Source: a virus
Taxonomy: Duplodnaviria; Caudoviricetes
DNA length: 31,291 nucleotides
Strand: one strand, 5' to 3'
IMG/VR virus record: IMGVR_UViG_3300037076_000477
Location: 1 to 31,291 of that record
In this document: positions 1 through 7,149 of the stretch, piece by piece
Layout: the number at the start of each line of letters is the position of its first letter
Position numbering within the stretch: the first letter of the stretch is position 1
Position numbers and translations under genes: made by a program
Notes under the pieces: model-generated
The model's database searches: none
What the model was told of the DNA's origin: nothing
What the model saw: the letters and a program-made list of their open reading frames with translations, nothing else

Positions 1-336
1 TTATTTCCTTAATATCCATAGCATTATTTGAAAGGGTATCTGGACTATGAAGAACATTATTGCTATATCTAAATACCAGGAACTTGTTGAACTGAAGAAC
101 ATTCCAGAGGCGCATAAGAATAATATCACGAGTATTTTCCCTATATGCCATCCGTCCAAAACTATGAACTGTGATAATCCAAACCACTTATAACCTTGCG
201 AAGGATCACCATCCTTATATTTCAATTTCCAATAATTAGAGTAATTCATAAAGGGCGGATTGTTATAAAATGCCCCTGAGTCCATGAACCCCCATATTAT
301 ACCGGCAAGCATTAAAAGAATTATTGAGATTACCAT
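1..336 (-). CDS. Hypothetical membrane protein
   Basis: 111 aa with about 3 hydrophobic segments, co-oriented downstream of RT. Confidence 0.65.
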   Translation of the reverse strand: MVISIILLMLAGIIWGFMDSGAFYNNPPFMNYSNYWKLKYKDGDPSQGYKWFGLSQFIVLDGWHIGKILVILFLCASGMFFSSTSSWYLDIAIMFFIVQIPFQIMLWILRK

Positions 337-413
337 AAGTCAGGCCTATCCATTTTAATTCTATAACCCATTGTGAGGACAAACAGCGCAAATATTAATA
401 GTAAGATCGTCAT
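330..413 (-). CDS. Small hydrophobic peptide (27 aa), not in ORF track
   Basis: Reads MTILLLIFALFVLTMGYRIKMDRPDLW*. Its ATG overlaps the RT stop (ATGA) and its end overlaps the start of ORF 1..336, which suggests translational coupling. Confidence 0.4.
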   Translation of the reverse strand: MTILLLIFALFVLTMGYRIKMDRPDLW

Positions 414-1408
414 CCGGCTACCTCTAAAATATTTTTAATATTTCTCATAAACTTTTCTGAATTGCAATGTTTACAAAGTCCGTTCAGACTCGCAAGCGAT
501 TTCTGTATTTTATCCATGCCAATATTTACTTTAACAAATTTCTTGAACTTTCTAATGTTCTTAACCATCACTCTTTTTCCTAAAATTCTATGTTGCGGAA
601 ATTGTCTATAGCCAAGAAAATCAATCCCGCGCTTAATGTTAAAAACAGATGTTTTCTTATTTAATGTTAACCTCAATTCTGTATTCAGAAAGTTTCTAAT
701 CTCACTTAACCAGACCCACAGTTGCTTCTTATTTTTACTTAGAATAATCATGTCGTCCATGTACCGTACATAGTGTTTAATTCTTAAGGTCTCTTTAATA
801 AAATGATCAACTTGATTCAGATATATATTCGCAAATAATTGGCTTGTTAGATTTCCAACGGGAATACCAGGATTGTCGGTTGAATCGATAATTACATTTA
901 GAAGATTTAATGTTTTCTTGCATCTGATTTTCCTTTTTAGCAACTTCTTTATGGTTGCATGATCAATTGAATAAAAATATTTTTGTATATCCATCTTCAA
1001 GCAAAACACTTCTTCATTTCTCAGTTCCTTTTTTACAAATTTCTCAACTCGTTTCACTCCGGCTATTGTTCCTTTGCCTTTCCTGCATGCATAAGAATCA
1101 CTTATAAAAGTGTTCTCAAATAACGGCTCTATTACCGCGCATATTGCCTGGTGAACTACCCGGTCTCTGAATGGAAGAGCCAGAATCAATCTTTCCTTTG
1201 GCTCCCTGATAATAAATTCATTATATCGCGATGGTTTATAAGTCTCATAAATCAGTTCATTTTGTATCGTTATAAGATTTTCTTCCAGATTACTTGCAAA
1301 CTCCATTACCTCGTACTTGAACCGCTTGTTTCTTTTTGCATTCAGAAAAGCTTTGTGCAGATTGTTGAACTCAAATATTTTCTCATAAAGGTTGTTATAT
1401 GTTTTCAA
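410..1408 (-). CDS. DGR reverse transcriptase
   Basis: 332 aa with RT motifs (FRDRVVHQA, KMDIQKYFYSIDH, GIPVGNLTSQLFANIYL with the DGR-type SQ, YVRYMDD, GIDFLGY). No maturase or endonuclease domain. Next to TR and avd. TTG start. Confidence 0.96.
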   Translation of the reverse strand: MKTYNNLYEKIFEFNNLHKAFLNAKRNKRFKYEVMEFASNLEENLITIQNELIYETYKPSRYNEFIIREPKERLILALPFRDRVVHQAICAVIEPLFENTFISDSYACRKGKGTIAGVKRVEKFVKKELRNEEVFCLKMDIQKYFYSIDHATIKKLLKRKIRCKKTLNLLNVIIDSTDNPGIPVGNLTSQLFANIYLNQVDHFIKETLRIKHYVRYMDDMIILSKNKKQLWVWLSEIRNFLNTELRLTLNKKTSVFNIKRGIDFLGYRQFPQHRILGKRVMVKNIRKFKKFVKVNIGMDKIQKSLASLNGLCKHCNSEKFMRNIKNILEVAG

Positions 1409-1565
1409 TAAAGGTCCCGCGCGCGATATTGTCCAGTATGTCGGTTACTAACCGCACGCAAGAGCACGAATATTTTTGACGGTTATTTATCGTCAAGGTC
1501 ATTGTCTCCTTTTGTTCATTGCTCTGTTTTAATTCCTTGAAATTAAAATTCTGGCTATAAATAAG
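1409..1565 (-). other. DGR spacer (TR-RT) with small hairpins, likely structured template RNA
   Basis: Inverted repeats CGGTT-act-AACCG (1442-1454) and TTGACG-N9-CGTCAA (1476-1496). The position matches the spacer RNA required for priming in the Bordetella BPP-1 DGR. Confidence 0.55.
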
Positions 1566-1674
1566 AGCGACCCGGAAGCCGATGTTGTTGTTCGCATTGC
1601 CTCGTTCATTGTTGAGGTTCAGGGCACGAAGCCCGGCATTGGCACCATTGTTCCAATTGCCGCCGCGGATCGGA
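1566..1674 (-). repeat. DGR template repeat (TR)
   Basis: 109 bp with 27 adenines on the coding strand, in 11 AAY codons, one GAA, one CGA and two ATC. Matches VR1 and VR2 except at adenines (one exception in VR2). Confidence 0.96.
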
Positions 1675-1698
1675 TACCGTATTTGTTGCAGACATAAC

Positions 1699-2028
1699 CT
1701 ATGCACTTTTTATCCATCCCCCCAGCATCTTGCCGATTTCTGTGAGTTGCCTGGATAAAATTTCGTATTGTTTCAGATTCAATAGCTTAAGATCTTTTGC
1801 TATTCTAATTTTGAATCTTAAAAGATCAAGTTTTATATCAGCTTCGAATAAATATTTCTTTTTGTCCCGCGATTTATTCGCGGTTAAAAAGAGTGACAGC
1901 ATTTCAAAGAACTCATTTCTTATATCTGCGGCCAGAACAAACTTTTCCGATTTTGGAAAGTAGTTCAGGGCATTATGCAGATATTTGAAACAATCAATAC
2001 ACTTTTCAATAATTAAAAGATCACTCAA
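1699..2028 (-). CDS. avd: DGR accessory variability determinant (four-helix bundle)
   Basis: 109 aa, basic, with FPKSEKFVLAADIR and EIGKMLGGWIKS motifs. Lies between target gene and TR. Confidence 0.92.
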   Translation of the reverse strand: MSDLLIIEKCIDCFKYLHNALNYFPKSEKFVLAADIRNEFFEMLSLFLTANKSRDKKKYLFEADIKLDLLRFKIRIAKDLKLLNLKQYEILSRQLTEIGKMLGGWIKSA

Positions 2029-2084
2029 GCCAAACCATCCAAATTAAATTAGGAACAGAGATCCAAAGAACAGAGGACAGAAAA

Positions 2085-3254
2085 TCACCAAACAAAAGCG
2101 ACCCGGAAGCCGAGGCCGTAGTCCGCACCGCCTCGTACATCGCCGAGGTGCAGGGCACGAAGCCCGGCATAGGCACCATCGCCCCAATTGCCGCCGCGGA
2201 TCGGAATAGCCTCAATACCTGTATTGCTCCAGAAATAATCGTCAAGAACAGATCCGGTTGCGTATAACATTAATGTTTTTAATAATGCCACTCCTGCACA
2301 TGAAGATGAGACACTTGCATCGCAGGTAAAAGATTCAAAAGGATGCGCGTTACTTGTTGCACTTGTAGTATCACTAATCTGGCCAGCAGCATTGACCTTT
2401 AATGTATGCGCAGTACCAGGGGGAACTAAACTACCGTCTTGTAATATTGCTTTCCATAACAAAGAAGAAGAAGAAACATCCGCTAATGGATTGGCCGCGT
2501 CATTGTTGGGAATGATATTGATCTCCCCGTTGTTAAGCCTCATGCCTTTATTCCATTCCCAAACGTTACCATTCAAATCTCTGATACCATAAGCACCATC
2601 ATGCGCAGTTGTAACTCCGCCGGAGCCAGCCAACCACCTTGCAGGCGAAGTGCCATTTACAAAGTTTGCCGAATCTCCCGGTTCCCACATTCCCATAATA
2701 GTCCCAACAGACCAGTCCCGGCCAAAGGCATTGTTACCTTTGACTTCAGTTGATCCCATAATGTTTTTAGATACCAAACAGATGGCCGCCCATTCTGCGT
2801 TGGTTACCATGTGGAATCCGTTTATTGTTGTACCATTATTCAAAGAGTCGCAGGTTGCATTTGCATTATCAAAATTTATCGATTGCGCAACCAAGCCGCT
2901 TGCCTGAGTTACTGCATGCCCGCCTAAATAAGATGCCTCATATTTGCCTATAAAGATTCTTTTCCTTACGCCATTAACTGTAAAGGCAGGATGCAATGAT
3001 GTTGAAGAAAATCCACTTGTCGCGTCCCAATTAAAAGCGGGAATTTCTACCATTTCATGGTAGTTCCCGTTTTTATCATAGATCAACCAATTGTTATGGC
3101 CAAGATTTGTACCGGGGGATGCTTGAACAAATACGGCGCTATCAAGTCTTGCCAAGTGAGCTTGAATAGCATCTATTGCTTCCATCAACTGTGCATTTGC
3201 AAAACCTGATATAAGCAAGATTATAAGTAAAGACATTTTTATAATATTTTTCAT
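2085..3254 (-). CDS. DGR target protein 1, C-type-lectin (FGE-sulfatase-like) fold with N-terminal signal peptide
   Basis: Motifs IGKYEAS, TNAEW, DLNGNVWEW and RGGxW...GFR. VR1 at the C-terminus. N-terminus MKNIIKMSLLIILLISGFANA|Q looks like a Sec/SPI signal. Confidence 0.92.
   Translation of the reverse strand: MKNIIKMSLLIILLISGFANAQLMEAIDAIQAHLARLDSAVFVQASPGTNLGHNNWLIYDKNGNYHEMVEIPAFNWDATSGFSSTSLHPAFTVNGVRKRIFIGKYEASYLGGHAVTQASGLVAQSINFDNANATCDSLNNGTTINGFHMVTNAEWAAICLVSKNIMGSTEVKGNNAFGRDWSVGTIMGMWEPGDSANFVNGTSPARWLAGSGGVTTAHDGAYGIRDLNGNVWEWNKGMRLNNGEINIIPNNDAANPLADVSSSSLLWKAILQDGSLVPPGTAHTLKVNAAGQISDTTSATSNAHPFESFTCDASVSSSCAGVALLKTLMLYATGSVLDDYFWSNTGIEAIPIRGGNWGDGAYAGLRALHLGDVRGGADYGLGFRVAFVW
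2097..2205 (-). repeat. DGR variable repeat VR1
   Basis: Ungapped match to TR over 109 bp with 16 mismatches, all at TR adenines (11 A>G, 3 A>T, 2 A>C). Confidence 0.96.
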
Positions 3255-3255
3255 T

Positions 3256-3738
3256 TTAATTACCTTCCATTTTAATTGTTAATATCGGATTACCTGTGCC
3301 ATATATTTTATAATATAATTTTGTGGTGGGGGGTTTTAACTTTGAGTTCCAAATTTGCCCTGGTAAAAGAATATTCTTATCAGTGGCCGGATAACCACGA
3401 TGTTCGCTATAGCAGATTGTATCATCTGCAGTAATGCTATAACTCCACCAACTTGTAACCGGGGGAGATACCGAATCTCCACCAGCTGATATGGTTGTAT
3501 CATAGCCGCCTGAGTAAGGAGCGAGATTAACTATAGCGTCAATGTAACCGCCGATCACGAAAACATTCTTCCCGGTCCATGCACCCGATGCAGATTTAGT
3601 ATCAGTAGATGCCTTTGAAGAAGATAGACTCTCTATAGGAGTCATTTTTACGAAGGTTGAATCAAAACCATTAATGGTTTGTGCCTGGGTTAAACCACTT
3701 ATAAGTAATAATGGTATTAATAATAAAAGCGTTTTCAT
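3256..3738 (-). CDS. Hypothetical secreted protein
   Basis: Probable start MKTLLLLIPLLLISGLTQA|Q (ORF track starts at 3774). Mature part is S/T/G-rich. Confidence 0.7.
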   Translation of the reverse strand: MKTLLLLIPLLLISGLTQAQTINGFDSTFVKMTPIESLSSSKASTDTKSASGAWTGKNVFVIGGYIDAIVNLAPYSGGYDTTISAGGDSVSPPVTSWWSYSITADDTICYSEHRGYPATDKNILLPGQIWNSKLKPPTTKLYYKIYGTGNPILTIKMEGN

Positions 3739-3754
3739 TTTATTCCTCATGATT

Positions 3755-4024
3755 CTATTTTCCAAAATCTTCATAATTTAATTTTTGTTGAGTGCAAAGG
3801 TTTCGTAGGTTATGCTCCATGCGGTTTAGCTGAAGAGTTTCAGCATCTTTTACAGTTTTTAAGCTTTTAATTTCTTCTTCATTGACGGAAATTCTGAGTG
3901 CATTTGTCCCCCAGGTAACTCCAATAACGAATATAAAAGCTATTATTGTTAGGACCGCCTGGCCAAAGGTTAATACGTTTTTTGTACCTATTGATGTTCT
4001 TTTTTCTTCTGTATATTCTTCCAT
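3755..4024 (-). CDS. Small membrane protein with coiled-coil tail (lysis-associated?)
   Basis: One TM segment followed by a helical charged C-terminus. Located after the lysis genes. Confidence 0.6.
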   Translation of the reverse strand: MEEYTEEKRTSIGTKNVLTFGQAVLTIIAFIFVIGVTWGTNALRISVNEEEIKSLKTVKDAETLQLNRMEHNLRNLCTQQKLNYEDFGK

Positions 4025-4026
4025 TT

Positions 4027-4662
4027 CTATAAGCCTACTTTTAATTTGCCTTCAACTTCTGGAGCTAATGAAACATGTCCATTATCAAAATTTGCATTAC
4101 CCCGGAATTCTAAGGATGTATTAAAGAATAATACTTTTTGATTAAACGTTAATGAAGCAAATGGATAATAATTAAATTTCGATTCCTGGTACCAGGTTTT
4201 AATTCCTATTCCAATTTCCCACTTTGGCAACTCCCGGATCGTTACTGTCTGAGTTTCAGTTACAGTAATAGTCTTTTCTTTTGTAATGGTCCTCTCCGGA
4301 ATTACAAATCGATTTAAGAAGAGATCCTGATTATGATAATAATTTATATGAGCTTCAAATCCATCTGCAGAGGTTGTATCATAATATGATATCTTCTCTA
4401 AAGGACCCTCCCCAGTAGGAGACTGGGGAGAATCTTGAGGATTGACTGAAGCAGGTACCGGAGTGTACCTGGTCTTTGCGGGAGAGATTACCGCAAGCTC
4501 ATGTTTGGCAGTTGAAGTATCGGTTTTTTCTTCTACTTTAACTGCAGTTTGTTTATTTGTAATTTCTGGACATTTATGGAATAAAGAATAGCCGCCGGCT
4601 CCGGCAAGTACTCCTACCAGGAATATTCCAATCAATAAATATTTAGCCATTTTATCAGCCAT
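4027..4662 (-). CDS. Membrane-anchored protein after endolysin, possible spanin-like lysis accessory
   Basis: Probable start MADKMAK with GGAGG upstream (ORF track extends to 4755). N-terminal TM segment and beta-rich C-terminus. Function inferred from position only. Confidence 0.55.
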   Translation of the reverse strand: MADKMAKYLLIGIFLVGVLAGAGGYSLFHKCPEITNKQTAVKVEEKTDTSTAKHELAVISPAKTRYTPVPASVNPQDSPQSPTGEGPLEKISYYDTTSADGFEAHINYYHNQDLFLNRFVIPERTITKEKTITVTETQTVTIRELPKWEIGIGIKTWYQESKFNYYPFASLTFNQKVLFFNTSLEFRGNANFDNGHVSLAPEVEGKLKVGL

Positions 4663-4663
4663 G

Positions 4664-5290
4664 TTAATTCCCTCCAAGATTGTTTGGTAAGTCCTGCACC
4701 GGTGGAAGATTATTATTAAAATCATCAATAATCTGATCCCAGGTTTCAAGATCAATATTTATTAGATCAGCAGCTTCAATCTCTGCCAGCTCTTCAGGCG
4801 TTGGTATTTCATGTGGCAAAGGAGATATCTTTGCAGGATCTGTCTCGAGGAAAATCCTTGCATCAAATTTTCTTCTTTTGGTTAAACCGGATAGTTCTGT
4901 AAGGACTCCATTTACCTTTGCCTTGTTATGTTGTAGTATTGAAACAACCGCTTTATCAAAATCTTTTTTATTTATAAAACTAAGGATTGAGGATTTTTGG
5001 AAGTTTCCGGATCCGATATTGTAAAGTATATCTACACAACTCGACATCTGATGATCATTTATTTCAACCTGCAGCATTTTAGATAATGTCTTTTCATTAC
5101 TTTCAACTTCCTCGTTAAACCATTTTTCAGCCTGATCCTTGGTGCAAGTCATTCCCATGGTAACTATACGTCCATCCGGATGGGTACAGCCATAACCGAT
5201 TGTGGGAATGCCGGCAGGACATAAATAGGCCAGCAGTTTGAGACCTTCAAAGCTTTTTATATAATCACAAACGATGGCAAGAGTTCTCAT
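4664..5290 (-). CDS. Endolysin, GH24 phage lysozyme
   Basis: FEGLKLLAYLCPAGIPTIGYG (E-x8-C-x5-T) and GLTKRR. Acidic C-terminal extension. Confidence 0.92.
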   Translation of the reverse strand: MRTLAIVCDYIKSFEGLKLLAYLCPAGIPTIGYGCTHPDGRIVTMGMTCTKDQAEKWFNEEVESNEKTLSKMLQVEINDHQMSSCVDILYNIGSGNFQKSSILSFINKKDFDKAVVSILQHNKAKVNGVLTELSGLTKRRKFDARIFLETDPAKISPLPHEIPTPEELAEIEAADLINIDLETWDQIIDDFNNNLPPVQDLPNNLGGN

Positions 5291-5589
5291 TATTTCAACT
5301 CTTCCGGTTTACCGGTAATTTTTAATTTTTCCACTTCGCCATTTACCTCTATTGCTTTTTTACCCGTAGATATGCCGGCAAATAGCAACAGATCACTTGA
5401 TATTATAATGAGATATTCCATCAAGTAATTGGGATAAAATCTTAACACGAAAATAAAGCCGAATGTCATTGCGGTTGCAAATAGCAATACGGTATAGGTC
5501 GTTTGTGCTCTCTGCGAGGACGGACTTCCGTTACTCTCCGAGTTTGCTTTTCCCATCCATATCCACATTTTTGTTAAAAAGTTTTTCAT
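5290..5589 (-). CDS. Putative holin
   Basis: 99 aa with two TM segments, immediately upstream of and overlapping the lysozyme gene. Confidence 0.65.
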   Translation of the reverse strand: MKNFLTKMWIWMGKANSESNGSPSSQRAQTTYTVLLFATAMTFGFIFVLRFYPNYLMEYLIIISSDLLLFAGISTGKKAIEVNGEVEKLKITGKPEELK

Positions 5590-6087
5590 CTAATCCACCT
5601 CAATTGTAAAATTCTCTTCCTTTTCCAGGAAGCGGTCAGTTGTGAAATTAATTTTAATAGTAACATGAGCCTCTCCCTGGCCATCAGCCTTATTCATATC
5701 CAATATTCCATGAGATACGGATTCAAAAGGCTCACAATTAAATTTTTCATTAAATTCTTTTTCAATCACTCCCAGGTGAATTTTAACATCCCTGATTCCA
5801 TCAGTGCAGAATTTCCAGGGATCCTTTTTAGCATTGCAGCCAATCTCAATAACTACCTCGAGAGAAGGGCTTTCTCCGTTTTCACTTTCTTCCCGGTTTG
5901 TTGCATCATAATCTTTCACGTTAATTGCCTCAGGTATTTCAGCCTCAAACTTTTCAGTTCTCCAGTGATCTACCAAAGAGCCGATATCGGTCCTATATCC
6001 ATTCAATTTCTTGATGTCTTTTAGTTCTTCAATCAATGAAAGAACTATGGCCTGTTCACGTGTAAGATTTGTTATAGTAGATATCAT
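5590..6087 (-). CDS. Putative tail terminator / tail-completion protein (gpU-like)
   Basis: Acidic 165 aa with an LKDIKKLNGYRTDIG motif typical of tail-completion proteins. Follows the head-closure gene. Confidence 0.55.
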   Translation of the reverse strand: MISTITNLTREQAIVLSLIEELKDIKKLNGYRTDIGSLVDHWRTEKFEAEIPEAINVKDYDATNREESENGESPSLEVVIEIGCNAKKDPWKFCTDGIRDVKIHLGVIEKEFNEKFNCEPFESVSHGILDMNKADGQGEAHVTIKINFTTDRFLEKEENFTIEVD

Positions 6088-6386
6088 GATAAATTAGGTT
6101 TCAGTCTCCAGACGATTATTCCATAATCCGTTCTGTATTTTTCTGAAAGTCTCCAGGTTACATCCCTTAAAACGAGAGTATTATTCTGCAGGGGTTTATA
6201 ACTATCATAATCAGAGGCTTTCATTTCAATAATATTCTTGTAATCTTCGAATCCCATATCAACCATTGTCTGATCTTCATAGTCAGCAAAGTAGTTGATG
6301 ATAATTGAACCGGATTTGGAAGCGGTTGTTAAGACCGCTTCCTCTTCCATTCCTGTATTAAAATTTTCTTGTGAAAAATCTAACAT
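6084..6386 (-). CDS. Putative head-tail joining protein (gpFII-like)
   Basis: 100 aa, beta-rich, in the head-closure position. Confidence 0.5.
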   Translation of the reverse strand: MLDFSQENFNTGMEEEAVLTTASKSGSIIINYFADYEDQTMVDMGFEDYKNIIEMKASDYDSYKPLQNNTLVLRDVTWRLSEKYRTDYGIIVWRLKPNLS

Positions 6387-6874
6387 TAGTGGTTCTTCTT
6401 CCAGAGATATAATCCAAAATCAAAATCAGTCAGTACATTACCTGTGGTCCCAAAACATCGGACTTTGTAATAGGCATAATGCTTCGAATTAAGAGTCAAT
6501 TCTTTATAGATCGTTGTAATTGAACTATCTTTATAAAGCATTGTGTCGACCGTGGTGTAGTGACCATCATAGGTGTTGGATCCTAGCAGCTCTATGCTTA
6601 CTTTCTGATGGGAAGCAGTACCTCCGGACAGCAATCCACTGAATGTGAATCCCGGATTAGTGTCTCTGTCATAATCAGCAAAAAATAAATTTGTACTGAT
6701 TAGGGTGTCTTTAGTACTATCGATAGTACCTGAGAACATAAAAAGTTGTCCTTCAGTCTGAATAGATTTCACACTGGCATTTTTATTCCAGGATGACGTT
6801 TGGGCGTTTACCTGGGGACTTAAGGACAGAGCCAGTAATGAAATGAACAGCAGCACAAACAGATAGAGTTTCAT
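6386..6874 (-). CDS. Hypothetical protein with signal peptide inside the head module
   Basis: N-terminus MKLYLFVLLFISLLALSLSPQVNA|Q. Stop/start overlaps with both neighbours. Confidence 0.7.
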   Translation of the reverse strand: MKLYLFVLLFISLLALSLSPQVNAQTSSWNKNASVKSIQTEGQLFMFSGTIDSTKDTLISTNLFFADYDRDTNPGFTFSGLLSGGTASHQKVSIELLGSNTYDGHYTTVDTMLYKDSSITTIYKELTLNSKHYAYYKVRCFGTTGNVLTDFDFGLYLWKKNH

Positions 6875-7056
6875 TATTCCTTATCTCCTTTTTTAGAGAC
6901 AGAAGGAACAAAGATCTCAGCCTGTTCGTTATGAACAAGAAGATTAGCGTCATGAACAGAAACTCCGTCCAAAGTGCTACCTACTTTACGCTCAGAGCCA
7001 TAAAGCATAACTCTCTTCTTGAACTTCACAGATACGAGTTTTTCTTTGTTAGCCAT
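6874..7056 (-). CDS. Small capsid-associated hypothetical protein
   Basis: 60 aa directly after the major capsid gene, with a GAGG RBS. Confidence 0.6.
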   Translation of the reverse strand: MANKEKLVSVKFKKRVMLYGSERKVGSTLDGVSVHDANLLVHNEQAEIFVPSVSKKGDKE

Positions 7057-7097
7057 TTAGTTTAACCTCTCAGGTTGTTTAGTTAAAGAAATATTTT

Positions 7098-7119
7098 GCC
7101 CGGGATAAAGGCCCCGGGC
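7098..7119. terminator. GC-rich stem-loop after capsid gene (attenuator or mRNA stabiliser)
   Basis: GCCCGGG-N8-CCCGGGC. No immediate U-tract on the minus strand, so it is at most a weak terminator in that direction. Confidence 0.5.
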
Positions 7120-7149
7120 TTTGCCTATATTACTAACAGATCAGAAACA

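Noticed and set aside
410-1408. RT as group II intron, retron or Abi defence RT
   Set aside because: The SQ motif, lack of a maturase domain, and adjacent avd and TR/VR identify it as a DGR RT.
1395-1706. 103-aa ORF resembling the target C-termini (RGGNWNNG...GFR)
   Set aside because: This is the TR read in frame. TRs are naturally open and Asn-rich and function as RNA, so it is not counted as a third target.
2030-2090. Canonical DGR hairpin downstream of VR1 (and of VR2)
   Set aside because: No convincing inverted repeat found by eye at either site.
2021-2245. 74-aa minus-strand ORF over VR1
   Set aside because: Alternate frame of the GC-rich VR, overlapping target gene 1.
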